Assembly: GCA_973895155.1 (NCBI GenBank)
Contig: OZ316895.1
Span: 1,052,435 to 1,116,434, forward strand
DNA length: 64,000 bases
Source: Marsupella aquatica
Taxonomy: Eukaryota; Plantae; Marchantiophyta
Direction of reading: 5' to 3'
The notes under the pieces were generated by a model that saw nothing but the letters and a program-made list of their open reading frames with translations, searched no databases and was not told where the DNA came from. Below, in pieces: positions 48,246 to 61,772 of the stretch. Positions within the stretch are counted from its first letter, which is position 1. Each line of letters begins with the position of its first letter. A program made the position numbers and the translations under genes.

Positions 48246-51200
48246 CTACGTTGGTCTGGCTGGTAAGACCTTACTGACACAGGAACCAAAACCTATACGA
48301 AAACCGTCAGCCTGCACATAACACGCAGATATTATCACATTATCAATCTGCCATCAAATTGCAAAGGCATATCAATCTACCTTCTAGAATGTAGAATGTA
48401 AAAGCCCAAATTTGGATCCTGTGAGAAAACTGAGATCAGTTCTGAGCCTTCAATGGACGTTGGAACTAGTAAATTACTAACGCTTTTAAGAGGAGAGATA
48501 TTAATCACTCAGGCATAAGGTGAGATATCTGTTGATTGAATGATATGGACACAACGTGGGAGTTTGCACGAAATTGAACATAGGCTAGTCTTTATTTATG
48601 AAGCAAACGGCAATTAACTAGGGACAATGGCTTAATTTCTCTGGGTTTTCTTAAGGTAGCCTTCCTGGAAATATACTTATACAAGAATGGTTCCAAATGC
48701 TGTCGTGGCAATATTATGGCTTCTGCGAGTCGTTCTTCGGGATGCATTACATGGAGGCTGGTTAACAATTTGTGAACCCTAAAATATTCAAGAGCAAAAC
48801 TTCATCCCCAGGATGCACCTACTTCTACATCCTCTCACTATTCGTCCTACAGACTCCCACGCAGCGAAAAACAACAGAGGTCATGCATTAACCAGTTGGA
48901 TCAATAGTCAACTCTCAAGCCTATGATCAATTGACCTCACCTGGCAGCTCGATGAGATGATGACCTCATCACCATCTTGGATGAATTTACGAGTGACGCC
49001 ATTCTTCAATAGCACTTGCTTTGATCCAGACCATGAAAGCTCAAGCATTGACCCATAAGTTGTAGGATCCTGTGTCATAACAATCGGGAATCAGACGCGG
49101 CAGACACACCGACGACAGACTACAGGTGGTCAGGGACAACTAGCGAAATTGCAGGACTGCCCCTGTGTCCCAATACTGTGAGCATATATTCGAGAGAAGA
49201 GTACTACTTACAGGTCCACTGATAGTTCCAGACCCTAACAGATCACCAGGTCGAAGATTACATCCATTCACCGTGTGATGGGCAACCTGCTGGGCTATTG
49301 TCCAGTATCTGCACAACCAATGAAGAGCCTAGTTGTGAGTCCATTTCAAAATGTGTATAATTCACATTTCGTGTACTAATAATATGTAATCGTAAGTAAC
49401 TTTGGTGGAAACAATATATAGATGTTCCACAGTCCATCTTACAGATACTTGAAGTTACTGTTGCAGACTGCAGATGTCTCTTCTCCTTCTGGCCTGATGG
49501 CAACCTGTGCAAATCACGCAGGGCTATAAAGCACTCGTGCATACACAAATCTTAAAAACACCATAGCAACCTGTATCTTATGACTTTGCCCACCCTTCTC
49601 ATTGAGGTCCTTCTCTCAAGACGTGTCTTGCTAAACTTACCTAGGGGATGTCATCATCACATAGAGCATGACTATATCATACAACATCACTATGATTGCG
49701 CTAGTGATTTTAAACCATGACATTTCTCAGCACTAGAGAACCTGTCCCGAACCAGGAGAATCAAATGGACGTTGACAAAAATTCTCTTAACAAACGAATC
49801 AGAGGTTTGTTTACCTTCCTATTATTATTCAGTGAGCACCTTACAAGCGAGAAGACTCACTACCACAAGTCAAAGGAGGGCCTCCATACCTGTAAGGGGA
49901 TATCGAAAGATACTTTCTTGCTGTCTTGTAAGTATGCCAATGGAGGAGGTTCCTGTTCCATTAGTCCACTCTCCGATCAGTACAAGGACATATTGGGGCG
50001 TTATGTCAGATGGTAGTGCAAACCTAACATGCACAGCTCAACAATGTGCAAGATACAGGCTATTGATAGCACATTTACTTATTAGAACATATTATTCTCA
50101 CCATGTCGGTTTGAACTTACTTGGTGAGGTGCTGCAATGATGAAAGGCTCCAGTGCTTCTAGAGTAACAACCCAAGGAGATATGGTTGTGCCTGTCCATA
50201 ATCCCTTGACTGAGTCAGGACATACCATTCCTTTCTAAAACCGTCAGTCACAGCCGTACGATTTCCAGAGTTTTCAAAAGACCTCAAAGTTACTCACCAA
50301 AGTTCTTTCCCAGAAACGGACCAAGAGGAACATATTCCCACTTCTGTATATCCCGAGCTGAAAAACCATGAAATCCAGATCATCAAAAACCTTGCCATGA
50401 ATTTTCCAAGTAAATAGACGACTGCGTCTGACGAGTGATGACTCTGACTGACTACCACAACATGAACCAACACTTGAGCTAGATTGCTAAAATGCGAATG
50501 AGACTTGAACTGCTACGCATCGGTCTTGCTTCCATACAGTCAAATTGGACAAATGCCAAACATAGAATTTGCCCCAGGTTCAGCAAGGTGCATACCACTC
50601 CAGTCATTCATAAGGACAAGCCCAAAAACGTGGTCCAGTGCTGTATCCACGCTAACAGGAGTTCCTAACTCGTTCCCAGGCCCTACAAACACACCCTAAA
50701 AACCTCATTCGAATTCAGTATTATTGAAAACCAGAGACGGCCAAGACTACTCAATTCAACTGATCTGCTAATAGAGGGAGTCACCATTGATTCCAACCAC
50801 ACAAACGTAAGAATCTAGCTGAGGATCCCGTATGCAACTTCTAAAATGTAATGGGCAAACAGACGATTCACTCACCACCTCCAGCTCAAAGTCAAATAAC
50901 TGAGACGGTTTGAATACTGGAACTCCATCTGGTCCAGGTGTTGTCTGTCCTCTGGACAACAGAGCACACGGGTTATTCTCAAATTCTTTGAAACTTTCCC
51001 AGGAGAGTGGCCGGTCTCCAACGAAGCAACCAAACGATTGACATGTTCCGCTCCACGCATAAATATCTCCGGTATCTTGTAGCTACAATAAATGCCAAGG
51101 CACACTCCTGGTTCTTAAATGTTCGGCTTTCAGTGATAATTCACCTGGGCCTGACAACTTCTGATCCCGAGACAACAACAGAGGACGATCTTCCATGATA

Positions 51201-52971
51201 AGCAACCGGTAGATGAAGCCTGCACCACCATATGCGCCGACAATAGAAACATTCAGATAGCAGGCCTCTAAAAAGCTCCAACTTTCTTTTGCACGTTTAG
51301 CGACCTACCTCAACACCAAAAAAACTTTTCAGGCATTTATCAATTTGTCACTCCAAATCCCCAGATCAGGTCAGGAACTAAATTCACCAATTCACAGGAA
51401 GTGCGTTTTCTTTTCCCCGGAACATAATGCCAACGTTAGTTGCATGCTCTTTAGACGAGTAAAAATCAGTGTAGTCCCCTACAACGGCCGGTAGCTCCAT
51501 CTTCACTTGACTCTGCCATTGCACATACGTAAACAAAGATTCAATGCAACGTACTCGAATAACAGCAAGTCGACCAATGGAACGGATTCTGCAGTAGCAC
51601 CAAGCTCGCATTTGATGGATTTAGGAAAATTAGGAACATTGCTTCACAAGTACTCTCAGGTCACAGTAGCAGTGTACTTTTGTATTGAATACTGAAGTAT
51701 GATCTTACGGTTCTTTAAGCTAGCTTCTTACCATAGGCACAAGGACTTGGGCTTTAAGATCCAAATTGTCGCGTAGAGTTGATTCATCAGCTACGACAAA
51801 AACGAAATAGTGTTTTAGGGATATTGCACTGGTCAAACTTTCATACTGGTTTAAGCCGTTTCTTAAGTACGGTTTCCCTGTCGGATGTATTCAAATGGGT
51901 CCCGAGATTCCCAGCAACGTAATCCTCATAGCTTCAGATTTCTACACAAGTGAGCCGAACCCAGCTGCAAGACATACAAGTGCTGTTGAACATCCCTGGT
52001 CCAGAACAAACACATGAATTTGGCGCAAGGCAATTTAAGCAAGACTGAAATACCGGACAACAGCTTTTGAATTGTTGCCCGAGCTTCCTTCCACGCTGGT
52101 CGTCCAAGAGCCATGAACGCATTTAAAGATGTCTGGCAAGCAAAAATGAAAACAACGATTGTGAGCTACCACATGAGAAACAAAATAGAACGACTTTCCG
52201 CTTTGAAAATAAGACCTGTCTGTATGCCAGTAAAGTTTTCGAATTCTCCCTTTACGAGCTTCCAATCTTAGGCCCTAAGATACATCCATCAGCTCTACGA
52301 AATCAGGTCTACACGTTCCTATCCTTCCTAGTAGCTTGCACTTCCGTTGCTTCAGAAACGACGCACATAATATCAGTAGCGAGAACAACCTCAAGCAAAT
52401 AAAGTCTATTCTGTAACTCAAATGTCAACAATCATCCCCTCCACATTATACAATTGAAAAAATCAGCCTGTTTGGAGTTATAGCAACGAATTTCCCTGAA
52501 GCCCGGAAGCACAATTGAGACAGCGCAGGTTTCCTCAGAGCCAATGCAGCTCCAACTCTGAACGAAAACCTCCTGCCCTTCGAGAAACAGCGTAATAATG
52601 TCTTCAGCCTAAATGGATTTTCCACAAGTTCCCTTCCAGACTCATGCCCTCGAATCATGATGATTGGCAGGACTGGTGAGGAGAAGGCAAGGCAATTCAT
52701 CATACTTGGACGGCATTTGTGGAGCTGGAACCAAAGCAATTACCTGAGCAAAAACGTCAGTTCCCGAACTAGTATTGATTTTGGAAAGCAGAGGACCGTC
52801 GAAGAGCCCTGCACGAGATATGGCACTGAGATCCAGCACGTAGTCCCCAATTGCCACTCCAGGACGTGGCTGCTGCTCCGGGGTTGGGCGGAATATGCCA
52901 TACGGTAAATTCTGGATGGAGAAGTCCGAATCTGGTGCCACTTCCACAAACGAAGTCAACAGCGGGCCCAT
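48246..52971 (-). CDS. FAH: Fumarylacetoacetase, 14 exons (52744-52971, 52054-52132, 51732-51790, 51388-51512, 51145-51219, 50876-50951, 50596-50695, 50298-50357, 50121-50191, 49890-49952, 49443-49504, 49212-49308, 48941-49069, 48246-48311), 429 aa
   Basis: [100 protein letters not shown]. All introns are GT-AG and the exon lengths sum to 1290 nt in frame. Confidence 0.96.
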
Positions 52972-53263
52972 TCTCGCCCTTCTCTCTGCCTTTGCGTTCG
53001 ACTCTAGACCCAACTTCTGGGGGTGCTGGCTTCTGTCTACAATTCACTCAGGTAGGAATTATTTGCTAAAGTCACCTTCTCCACTACCACGTTCAGCTCT
53101 CCTTGCCTTAGCTCCAGTTATTTCTATCTCGAATCTACAGTTGTGCCCTTGCATTCAATCTTCTGAGCACAATCTATGTGAGTATCTGATGAACGAAGGG
53201 ACGGAGGATTCCCAAAGACCAAACTCCTCACAATTCCGGGTGCAGTCGACAACAGGGTCTCTC

Positions 53264-53382
53264 TGCTCTGGATGAAGCAGTTGCGGAGTATGATTCACAA
53301 CTTCCGAACATCTATTCTAAAGTGCTCTAGATGAAGGAGTTGCGGAGTATGATTCACAACTTCCGAACATCTATTCTAAAGT
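53264..53382. repeat. 59-bp tandem duplication upstream of FAH
   Basis: tgctct.gatgaag.agttgcggagtatgattcacaacttccgaacatctattctaaag x2. Confidence 0.9.
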
Positions 53383-55139
53383 TGATTGCATTCCAGCACA
53401 TAGCTCTTGGAGAGACTGCGAGAGTTCCGTGATGCGGAGATCGTACAGCACGAAAGCGCTCATACAATCACATGATCTGACGAGGCATCGATCCAAAGTC
53501 TCAGTTTCACAGCTACCATTCAACACTAAGTTACGGTGGCTTTCCATGAGGTTGGGCACTTGTGATTTCATTCACCAAAGGAAACTGGAGGCCACTGGAG
53601 GCCACTGCACTTTCTAGAGACTACCCTCCTCCACCAAACACAGCCCCATGGCACTCTAGTTCGAATATATAACGAGACTCTTATGCCATAATTAGTGTTA
53701 TATCCAAATTACTTTTAGTCACACTAATTTATGTTAACATGATCCATAAGCAAAAGTAACAGTAATTGGTGTCAGTTTTCAAAATTTTTTTTTTCAGGTT
53801 TTGTTTAAATATTTTGTTCAACGTGTTATTGTAGAGCATCTGGAGGTGAAAACTTCTGTAGTCATGGAGGGCTAGAGTATCTGCTAGGGATTTGAGGGCT
53901 CCACAACATTTACTCCCGCGCGCAGTAGTTTTTAGAGGTTTTATTTCACATCCAACAGTAGAGCATTTGGAAGTGCGGAGAGCTCTACAGTAGTGGAGGC
54001 GAAAGCATCTATTAGGGATCTTTTTCTGTCAGCTCACATTGAACTACCACTCACATTGTGCTCATGAATCAATGTTAGCCTGAATGAGAGTGACAACTGA
54101 ATACCCTAACAAAGAGCCTGTGATGAGAGGCCTGGTTGCCAAGAACACTTGAAGTCCCGTCATTCTGGCGCCGCGCGATACGAGTCAAAAAGTCACGTGA
54201 ATTAGTGTTTGCTCGGAATTAGGGTGACTAACACTATTCACGAGTAGACCCCAACAATGGACATTCTCGAACAATGTCATTGAATAGCGGGCCATGGGGC
54301 ACTCTATTCAAATGCAACACTTCAGGGTGTTGCATTTGAGTTTCGACTCTCTGTTTTGGACTTTTGGGTTTGTGGTGTTGTCTTCAAATTTTAACTTCAA
54401 ATGTGTTCAAATTTTGACATCGTGAGATGAATGTAGGGTGTAAGCATTGATAAGCATAGAAGTGATGTGTCTTAGACAAGCGGGTAGACAAGCGGGTATT
54501 TGAGTTCAAGCTTCTTCTACTTCCAACAATCTATCGTGAGTGTGTAGCTAAATAATTGAAACACTAACATGACACAGATTTGTAATATAAAACAATACAA
54601 TAACTTTGATGTTACACTTCATGGACCATAAACTAAGTCAGACTTAAAAGCTAATGTATCAGATTGAGTGAAGTCAATGAATACATGTCAATTTAAATGC
54701 AACACACAATGCATTACACAAAAATGATCTTAGCCCTGAATATGTTTAACCGATGTTTGATTGTATGGTAGCATGTCTTAGTCCTATCTATAGTGGCCCT
54801 CAGTTATTGGGAAAGCTGGAATCAAAGAGCTTCAGTACCTACTCTATCCCCTATAAATGAACTACAAGGCAAGGCAAGGCAAGAAAGAATACCAACACCT
54901 CATTATAGATTGATGTGATTACTTAAGTCCTTCATAGCCCAAATGTTGCTTACTCTGTAGTTCTCGTAATTAAAATGACAATGACTTGGACCAAAATCAA
55001 CTGCAATCATGATAAGATTGCAAAAGCTATGGTAGGGTCAGATGCTCCATCTACGGATGTTGGACTGGCCAGGCTAACCAGCACTAGATTGCAATTGAGG
55101 CAGATCCAAGCAAGATTACATCAATCTATACCAATCATG

Positions 55140-57844
55140 TGTTGGGTATAATCCTTATCCCGAGACACCATGCACATGTAAATACTATGCAAAGTAGTCG
55201 ACACAGCGAGTACGTGCTCCAGACTGAGGCTACGTCCACGGGAAAGCAAGAGCCCTTTACTTCTCTCTTGCTCCACTCCAATAATGAACTGAAGATCCTC
55301 CAGGGGCTGGTATCAGCCCTGGTTATATACAACATGCATCATTGCTAACCTTAGCTAAGTCCTAACCTGAGTTAGCCTAACTGCGGTTAGCCCTAGAGTC
55401 ACAAGACTAAAAACAATATTCAACAAACTCCCCCTTGACTCTAGTCTTGGGGACTGGACTAATTGCTACCATATGGTATCTTTAGCAGGAAATTCTAAAC
55501 AATCACCTAAATAGGCCTCCCCCTAAAAACCACCATGGGTTAACTAAAGGTTAACTAGAATTAAGCCATAGCCTAACAGGTTCGAGGAATCCATATACAA
55601 TAAATCACAAAAGACAAAAAATGGTCGTAAAAAGGGGGTTTAAGCCCCTTTCAAAAAACAAATCGTGTGTATAAGGGTCAGGACCGCGTACGCGCGATGG
55701 CTGTGTATGTAGTTGCGTAAAGGGGAGGGCCGGGCCAGCGTAGTACGCCCCAGAGGGGCAAATCAGAAAACAAAGGGAGGGCAGCGGGGTCGGTCGGCGG
55801 GCCACAGCCCGCGGGTGCAGGGTTGTCAGCCGGGTGTGGGTTTGCAAGTGCCGAGGGAGGGGGCGACGACCGGCGAGGAGGGAGGGAGTGTGCGCGACGG
55901 CGCTGCGTGCGTTGCCAGATGCAGGAGGTATGTGGGAGGGAGGGTACGCGCAGGTGTGGGGGAGTGGTGGACCTCGCCACCCAGCGCCTTCACCAATCCC
56001 GACACTCACACCTAAGTGCCCCTGGTGCCCAAACGCCTTCACGGAATACCTAGAGAAAGTAAACTAGTGCCCTTGCACCGCCCGCGGCCCCTCCCATACA
56101 AAGCCGCACTCACTCTCTAATTCAACTGCTACTCAATGGTCCTCTCTATCTGCACAAGCAAGGTCCAAACACCTGAGAGGTAAGTAACCCTTCACGATCT
56201 AGAACTCGTCAAGTCTAACATCCTACTCAAGCTCAACAGACGTTGGTAAATAGGTCAGCGATAGGTCCTCCCGATGCCATAAGCCGGAACCAGAGCCCAC
56301 GCCCACTGTCCGTCCAGGACAGCTCCTTCCTTGGGCGCAGCCCAAGTTCCCCCTCGTACCTATTTATCACCAACTGATAGCCCTGACCTCAGGACATGCT
56401 CATGGCCCAAATAGCGTAGCTTGTCCTAAAGCTTGTCCCAAGCTTGTCCCAAGCTTGTCCCAACACGCCGGGACCAGAATGGTCTCGACTCCCAAATCCA
56501 ACCCACGATTCACACTACTAATGGTCTAGGGGCCGAACTCTCTTGGGGCTCAACCTCCACACCTACTTGGCCTTGCCTCCCCAACGTAAGCTCCCTTGGG
56601 AGACTGAACGCGACTTGGCTGCTGTTCGGCGGGATTTGGCAAGCGGGCGAGCTAACACCCGCAAACCCCAAGAACCCAGGGTACCCCCAGACCCAGCTGA
56701 GCTCCTCAAGAGCTTTCCAATGCACCCAAGAAGTCCTCCAATGGACTTCCCGTTGGGAAGATATCGTCATTTTTGTTTGGCAATTTCCCTTAGTGTTGCG
56801 ACCGCCGCGGCTCACGACTTCGGTTCACCCTTAGCCCCTAGGGAGACACCACTCCCCTCATATATGCTTTTGGGGACCTGCCACCCCCGGACCAGCTTTG
56901 GTCCCTAAATATTTGGCCCCCAACCCGGATCCCAGCGCGCCACCAACTGGCCACGCCCATAACTTTCTTGATAGGCATCCGCAAGCGGAGTGCCTTAGCC
57001 CGTTGTGACCGGGCCAACCCAGTGCTCATGCCTAGGCCCTCAGGTCTGATTGCCGCTTAGGGCCCCCGACCGGCCCAACCCGGATCGGGCCACAACTTGC
57101 GTCCAAAGCGTCCGTTGCCAATGACATCAACTCCATTGGCCTTGGGCCCAAGAGGAGCTCACACTCAAGCCCTCAGAACTCAAAGTCCATCCGGAGGTCC
57201 GGACGACCATCCTTGAGCCCGGCCCATTCCCCTTGACCCGACCAGCCATCGGTCAGTCCAAGTCCTTAGTGTGTGTCCCCAGCTTGGCTCCTTGCCTCGC
57301 TAGTGCCACGTCTCATTGCCCACAAGTCCCCCATGCTAAGTCCTCCCCAGATGGCCTATCCGGGCCTGGACCATAAGGGAGCTCGACGTTGGAGTCAGCA
57401 ACGCCGGTGCTAAGTGTTAAGGTAGTCAAGTTTCGCGACTGGGGGTATGAGGGGGAGTACGTGTGTGTATACACACGTTTTTGTGTGTATTCACACAAAA
57501 ACTCCCCTAAGGTAACCTAAACAAAAAAACACTGGTTACACACCTTGTTGGGTATAATCCTTAATATCCCGAGACACCAGGCATGCATATGTAAATATCA
57601 TACAAAGTAGTCGACACAACAAGTACGTGGTTCACCTCCAGACTAAAGCTATGTCCACGGGAAAGCAAGAGACCTTTACTTCTCTCTTGCTCCACTCCAA
57701 CAATGAACTGAAGATCCACCAGGGGCTAGTATCAGCCCTGGTTATATACAACATGCATCATTGCTAACCTTAGCTAAGTCCTAACCTGAGTCAGCCTAAC
57801 TGCGGTTAGCCCTAGAGTCACAAGACTAAGAGCAATACTCAACA
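55140..57844 (-). mobile_element. Non-autonomous (TRIM/LARD-like) LTR element related to the Copia at 17184
   Basis: LTRs at 55140-55425 and 57546-57844 (TG..CA); TSD TCATG on both sides; PPT AAGGGGGAG next to the left LTR. 55426-55600 is homologous to the Copia 3'UTR (23520-23689). No gag/pol. Confidence 0.93.
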
Positions 57845-59446
57845 TCATGCATGTCTTGTCACATACACTTTGGTTGGAGCTTCTACTCTGAATGTGCACC
57901 TCGTTTGAACACAACACCTAGGCATTGTGTTCAAGTTGAAACAACTTTTTCTTATTGGGCCTAATTTTTTATATTTTTGAACATAACGCCCTGGCGTGTT
58001 TTGGGGGAAGATGGTGGCCTCATTGCAATTATTACAAACCCCCATGAGAGGTCCTTGGCAAATTCCTTGCCATGAGGTTGGGCCCCATCAGCACAACCAG
58101 CCATAACCATAAAAAGGAAAGATCGTATTTTTTACCGTAACAAAAGCGTACATTCATGTTTGTGACAAAAGCAACGTAACTTTTGGGGCGCCATGCAGTA
58201 AGTATTAAGTGTAAATAAACCAGAATACAAAGGAAAAGATGTCATTTGGTAAAATAATGTTACCATTCTGATGTTTGTCAATGATGAATTAGTGTTTTAC
58301 ATCAAAATGCTTATATTTTTTAATTGTTTGTAAGTTTGAAATGTACATAATTAGAATCCTTTTGGCTCCACATTGTAAAACTAAATAATCAATCTCCTTA
58401 GTACTTGATGAAATTTGTCAATATTTGATTCATTGGAAAGCTCAAGATCAAAATTTAGAAACTCATGACCTCTTTAGTAGTGTCTGTGTTGACCATGATA
58501 TCATGACCATAAGGAATAGAATATTTTGTTTCTAAGTGGCAAGCATAGATATTTGCATTACCAAAGGAATGTTCTTTTTTGTGCATATACAAAAACACCA
58601 TATGTTGGTTGTTTTGTTTGCTAGTTAACATATGTTTGTAGTGGGGTGGTCTCATGTGTATGCCCAAGTCTATACCCAAGTTGGAAATGAAAAATACAAC
58701 TCCAGACCATTGGTAATGTTTGCCTGAATTATGCTTATCTCATAGGACCTTCTCTGATAAATCCAAACAAACTGCTCGGCCATTTTTGGCTAGCGAGGCA
58801 TGTTATTACTAGCCGTTTGACAACTGAACCTTTTTATGAGACAAAAAGTAAGGCCCCTTCTGCCAAAAAAATCTAATTACGCATTTTGATATGCCACAAT
58901 ATTTCCGTCTGCTAATAACAAAACAGAACTAATAGACTACTACAAGGTGAGCGAGGACACGAGGGAAAGCTCCATCTTGCAAGGGTTTGAAGACAAACCA
59001 GCCTTGAGAATGATCTGAGTCGCAGATCTCACAATGCTCATGAGAATCAGATGACCCCGTAACACGGGACGAATATGAAAACTCAAATCATTTTCTAATT
59101 CTGCTGAGGACAGTTCCCGGGATTGTGCACACAACTTTGAAGTACAAAGCACTAGTGGTGGACAAAGGGAAACAACGAAACACGGTCCAACGATCCAATC
59201 GAAAAAACCCAAGTACCTAACCCGCAGTACAGAAATGATCGGAGAAATGGAGACAGTTCAGTCAATGTGAGGCGAATTTCCGCCGCAATTTATTCCGGCA
59301 TACCACGAGGTTTTGCCCATGGTCGATAGTAGCTTTGCTAGTATCACCTCAGCGCAAATTTGACTCCACATGAGTTCAATTGAGCGCTTTCACGTGCACT
59401 AACATGGAATGGCAATGAGCAGCACACTTGCCATGACCATGTCCCT

Positions 59447-59571
59447 AAACATGTCACTCATAAGTTCAATTTCTCGCTACACGAAAGAGTAAGAAATGCG
59501 CCCTTTTCTCTAAATAACATGTCACTCACAAGCTTTAATTTCTCGATATACTAAAGAGTAAGAAATGCGCC
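59447..59571. repeat. ~68-bp diverged tandem duplication
   Basis: aacatgtcactca.aag.t..aatttctcg.ta.ac.aaagagtaagaaatgcgcc x2. Confidence 0.8.
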
Positions 59572-60587
59572 TCCAGGGAATCACCGGCGGGCGCAACAAT
59601 ACCTAACACGCTAAACTTATTGCCCTGATATACCCAGAGAAGGAGCATGCTGAGGGTTTCGTTCCCTCGTCCAGAATCGATGAAGGATTAGTTATGTTAC
59701 AGGGTATTCAAAACTGTACGAACATATACAAGACAGGCTGGTACCTGATTTTGGCTCCGTTCATCCATTCTTTCTTTTCTACTCTATTCTATTCTAGTCC
59801 ACTCTACTCTACTCACTAAAAATTGCCCTACTATTCAGTCTTCCGAAGCCGTAAGAATCGAGTTAAACCAGGTAATTTACACCTGTACAAAGGGTGGTCG
59901 AGCTCCTCCCAAATAGGCAAAGAAGACCTGAGTCAGCAGAAAACAGAAAGGCTAGCGAGCTGGCTGTCAAAATTTGGCATCGACCATGACATTACCCTCG
60001 TGCGCAATCACTGTAAGTTAAGAAACGTCAGAAGAGAAGGAAACCGAAGGAAAGTTAAGCCACCAACCACGCCAATTCTCACCTGATACCCTTCATCACG
60101 AATTACATATGTAAAACGTTAAGTTCAGAGCTTGTGGGAAAAATGAGCTAAACCACGCTGATGTATAAAACCGGCAGAGATGTGCCGAGAAGGTAAAGAA
60201 TCGTTCTAAGTATGTTAACATCTACTCCAGTACACTCTGGACAGGCCTCGTACAGGTGTAAGGACAAAAAGGCTCCAAGTGGGTCATCCTGACGCGGATT
60301 TCACTTGTGAAAATAACGAACTCCGTGACCAAGGAAGATCTGCCATCGATGTCTGCAGTGCACCGCTGAGGATCGCTTCAGAATCGCTCACGTCTACATT
60401 TAATGAGGCTAGTAAATTTGGGTCTCTGCAACGTGAAACGAAGAGTCAGATACAAAGGTACTAGAGACCTACAATGCAATACGACCGCCACACAATAGAC
60501 TTCTCCAGCCGGATGATCAGAGTTCCACCAAAAGCTTAGAGCGTCAAAGTTGACTTAATCCTAAAATTGATCAACTGGGGCACGTCC

Positions 60588-61772
60588 TTACATCGGATGA
60601 AGACTGACAAACAAGCCAGCTTTGCTGACAGGCAATGAAAATCGAGAATTGGCAGCAACGCTTACGACATCGCTATCGGTATTACTACCATAGGACACGT
60701 TAGTTTGACCGAAAACACCTGCAATACAAGGGTAATCTGCTGTAAGTTACCGCCTAACCACACATTCAAGTAGAAGACAGGAAACACCAGAAATAAGGTA
60801 GGTGGAATCTCAACATTATCGAAAACTGAACGACGACTCTGCAGGCAGACCAAACTCTGCCAGCTACATTGACAGCGATTGGCACCACATACTACATACG
60901 TCACTAAAAGAGCGAAATACGAGGATACACAACGAGAAGTCTGTAACAAACCTTGGAAGACCATGAGGATGCCAAATCCAATCGTGAGGACAAGCGCAAC
61001 GAGTGGAGTCAGACCAGCGCTAGCAGCAGCATTAGCAGCACCCCTCGATTTTCGTTTCGCTGACGCCCTGTCCCTGATTCTCTTCGCAGCGAGTTGAGAA
61101 GCAATAGTAGCGCTGTCCATTGACACCGATCTCCCTGGATGCCTCGGCGGTTTGGGAGGTTTCTTGCTATTCACATTAACAGCCGATTGGGCGGATGCCG
61201 TAGACTGCCCTGTCTTCGCATCCCGATCTTTCCAGACTCCTCCGTCGGTAGGTCGATAGTGAGCAAGGGGCAACGCCTCCGTCCTAGACACCGGATCCCT
61301 TGCCAGTAAAGGCTTTGCCTTAACTGTGTCGGCTGGCATCAGTGCTGGAAATTGTGGATGCGGGCATAGGCGAGGACGTGGTTCTCGAAATTCCGGAACA
61401 ATTCCTATTGAAAATAGACTTACCATCCCCAGACAGAAGCCCAGTACAAGAAAGCTTGGCGCCTTTGATGAAAGCCCGGACTTGCTGGAGCAGCGGAAGG
61501 CATTCGTCGTCGCCAGGTTCAAGGACAGGGCCAGGGTCAATAATTACCTTATTTCCGGTCTTGTAGACCACATTTTCGGAATATGTTTTGGGATCCTCCA
61601 GTCCATGGATGGACAATCGCACCTCATCCACTCCACTGTAGTCTTCCGACGCCTTAATGGTGATGTACTGGCAGTCTACCTTCGAGGCATTGGTCTCGTC
61701 GCTAGCACACCAGCTCGTAAATTTTGGGAGTCCGCACAGGGAATAATTCAAATTTCTAGGTGTCTCTCTCAT
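60588..61772 (-). CDS. Plant-specific membrane protein of unknown function; exons 61424-61772, 60952-61344, 60588-60718 (290 aa)
   Basis: KKPPKPPRHPGRSVSMD, then a basic helix and TM LVALVLTIGFGILMVFQG, as in a conserved land-plant family (KKPPKPPRPP..SLD...FQG). A 79-bp GTAAGT..TTCCAG intron (61345-61423) joins the two overlapping ORFs in frame. The start codon is uncertain. Confidence 0.75.

Noticed and set aside
52972-53013. N-terminal extension of FAH
   Set aside because: The ORF track start is TTG; homology begins right after ATG 52971.
60662-61540. 292-aa single-exon ORF, or two overlapping genes with 61320..61772
   Set aside because: A 79-bp GT-AG intron joins the two frames, and the tail of this ORF is read-through into the next intron.
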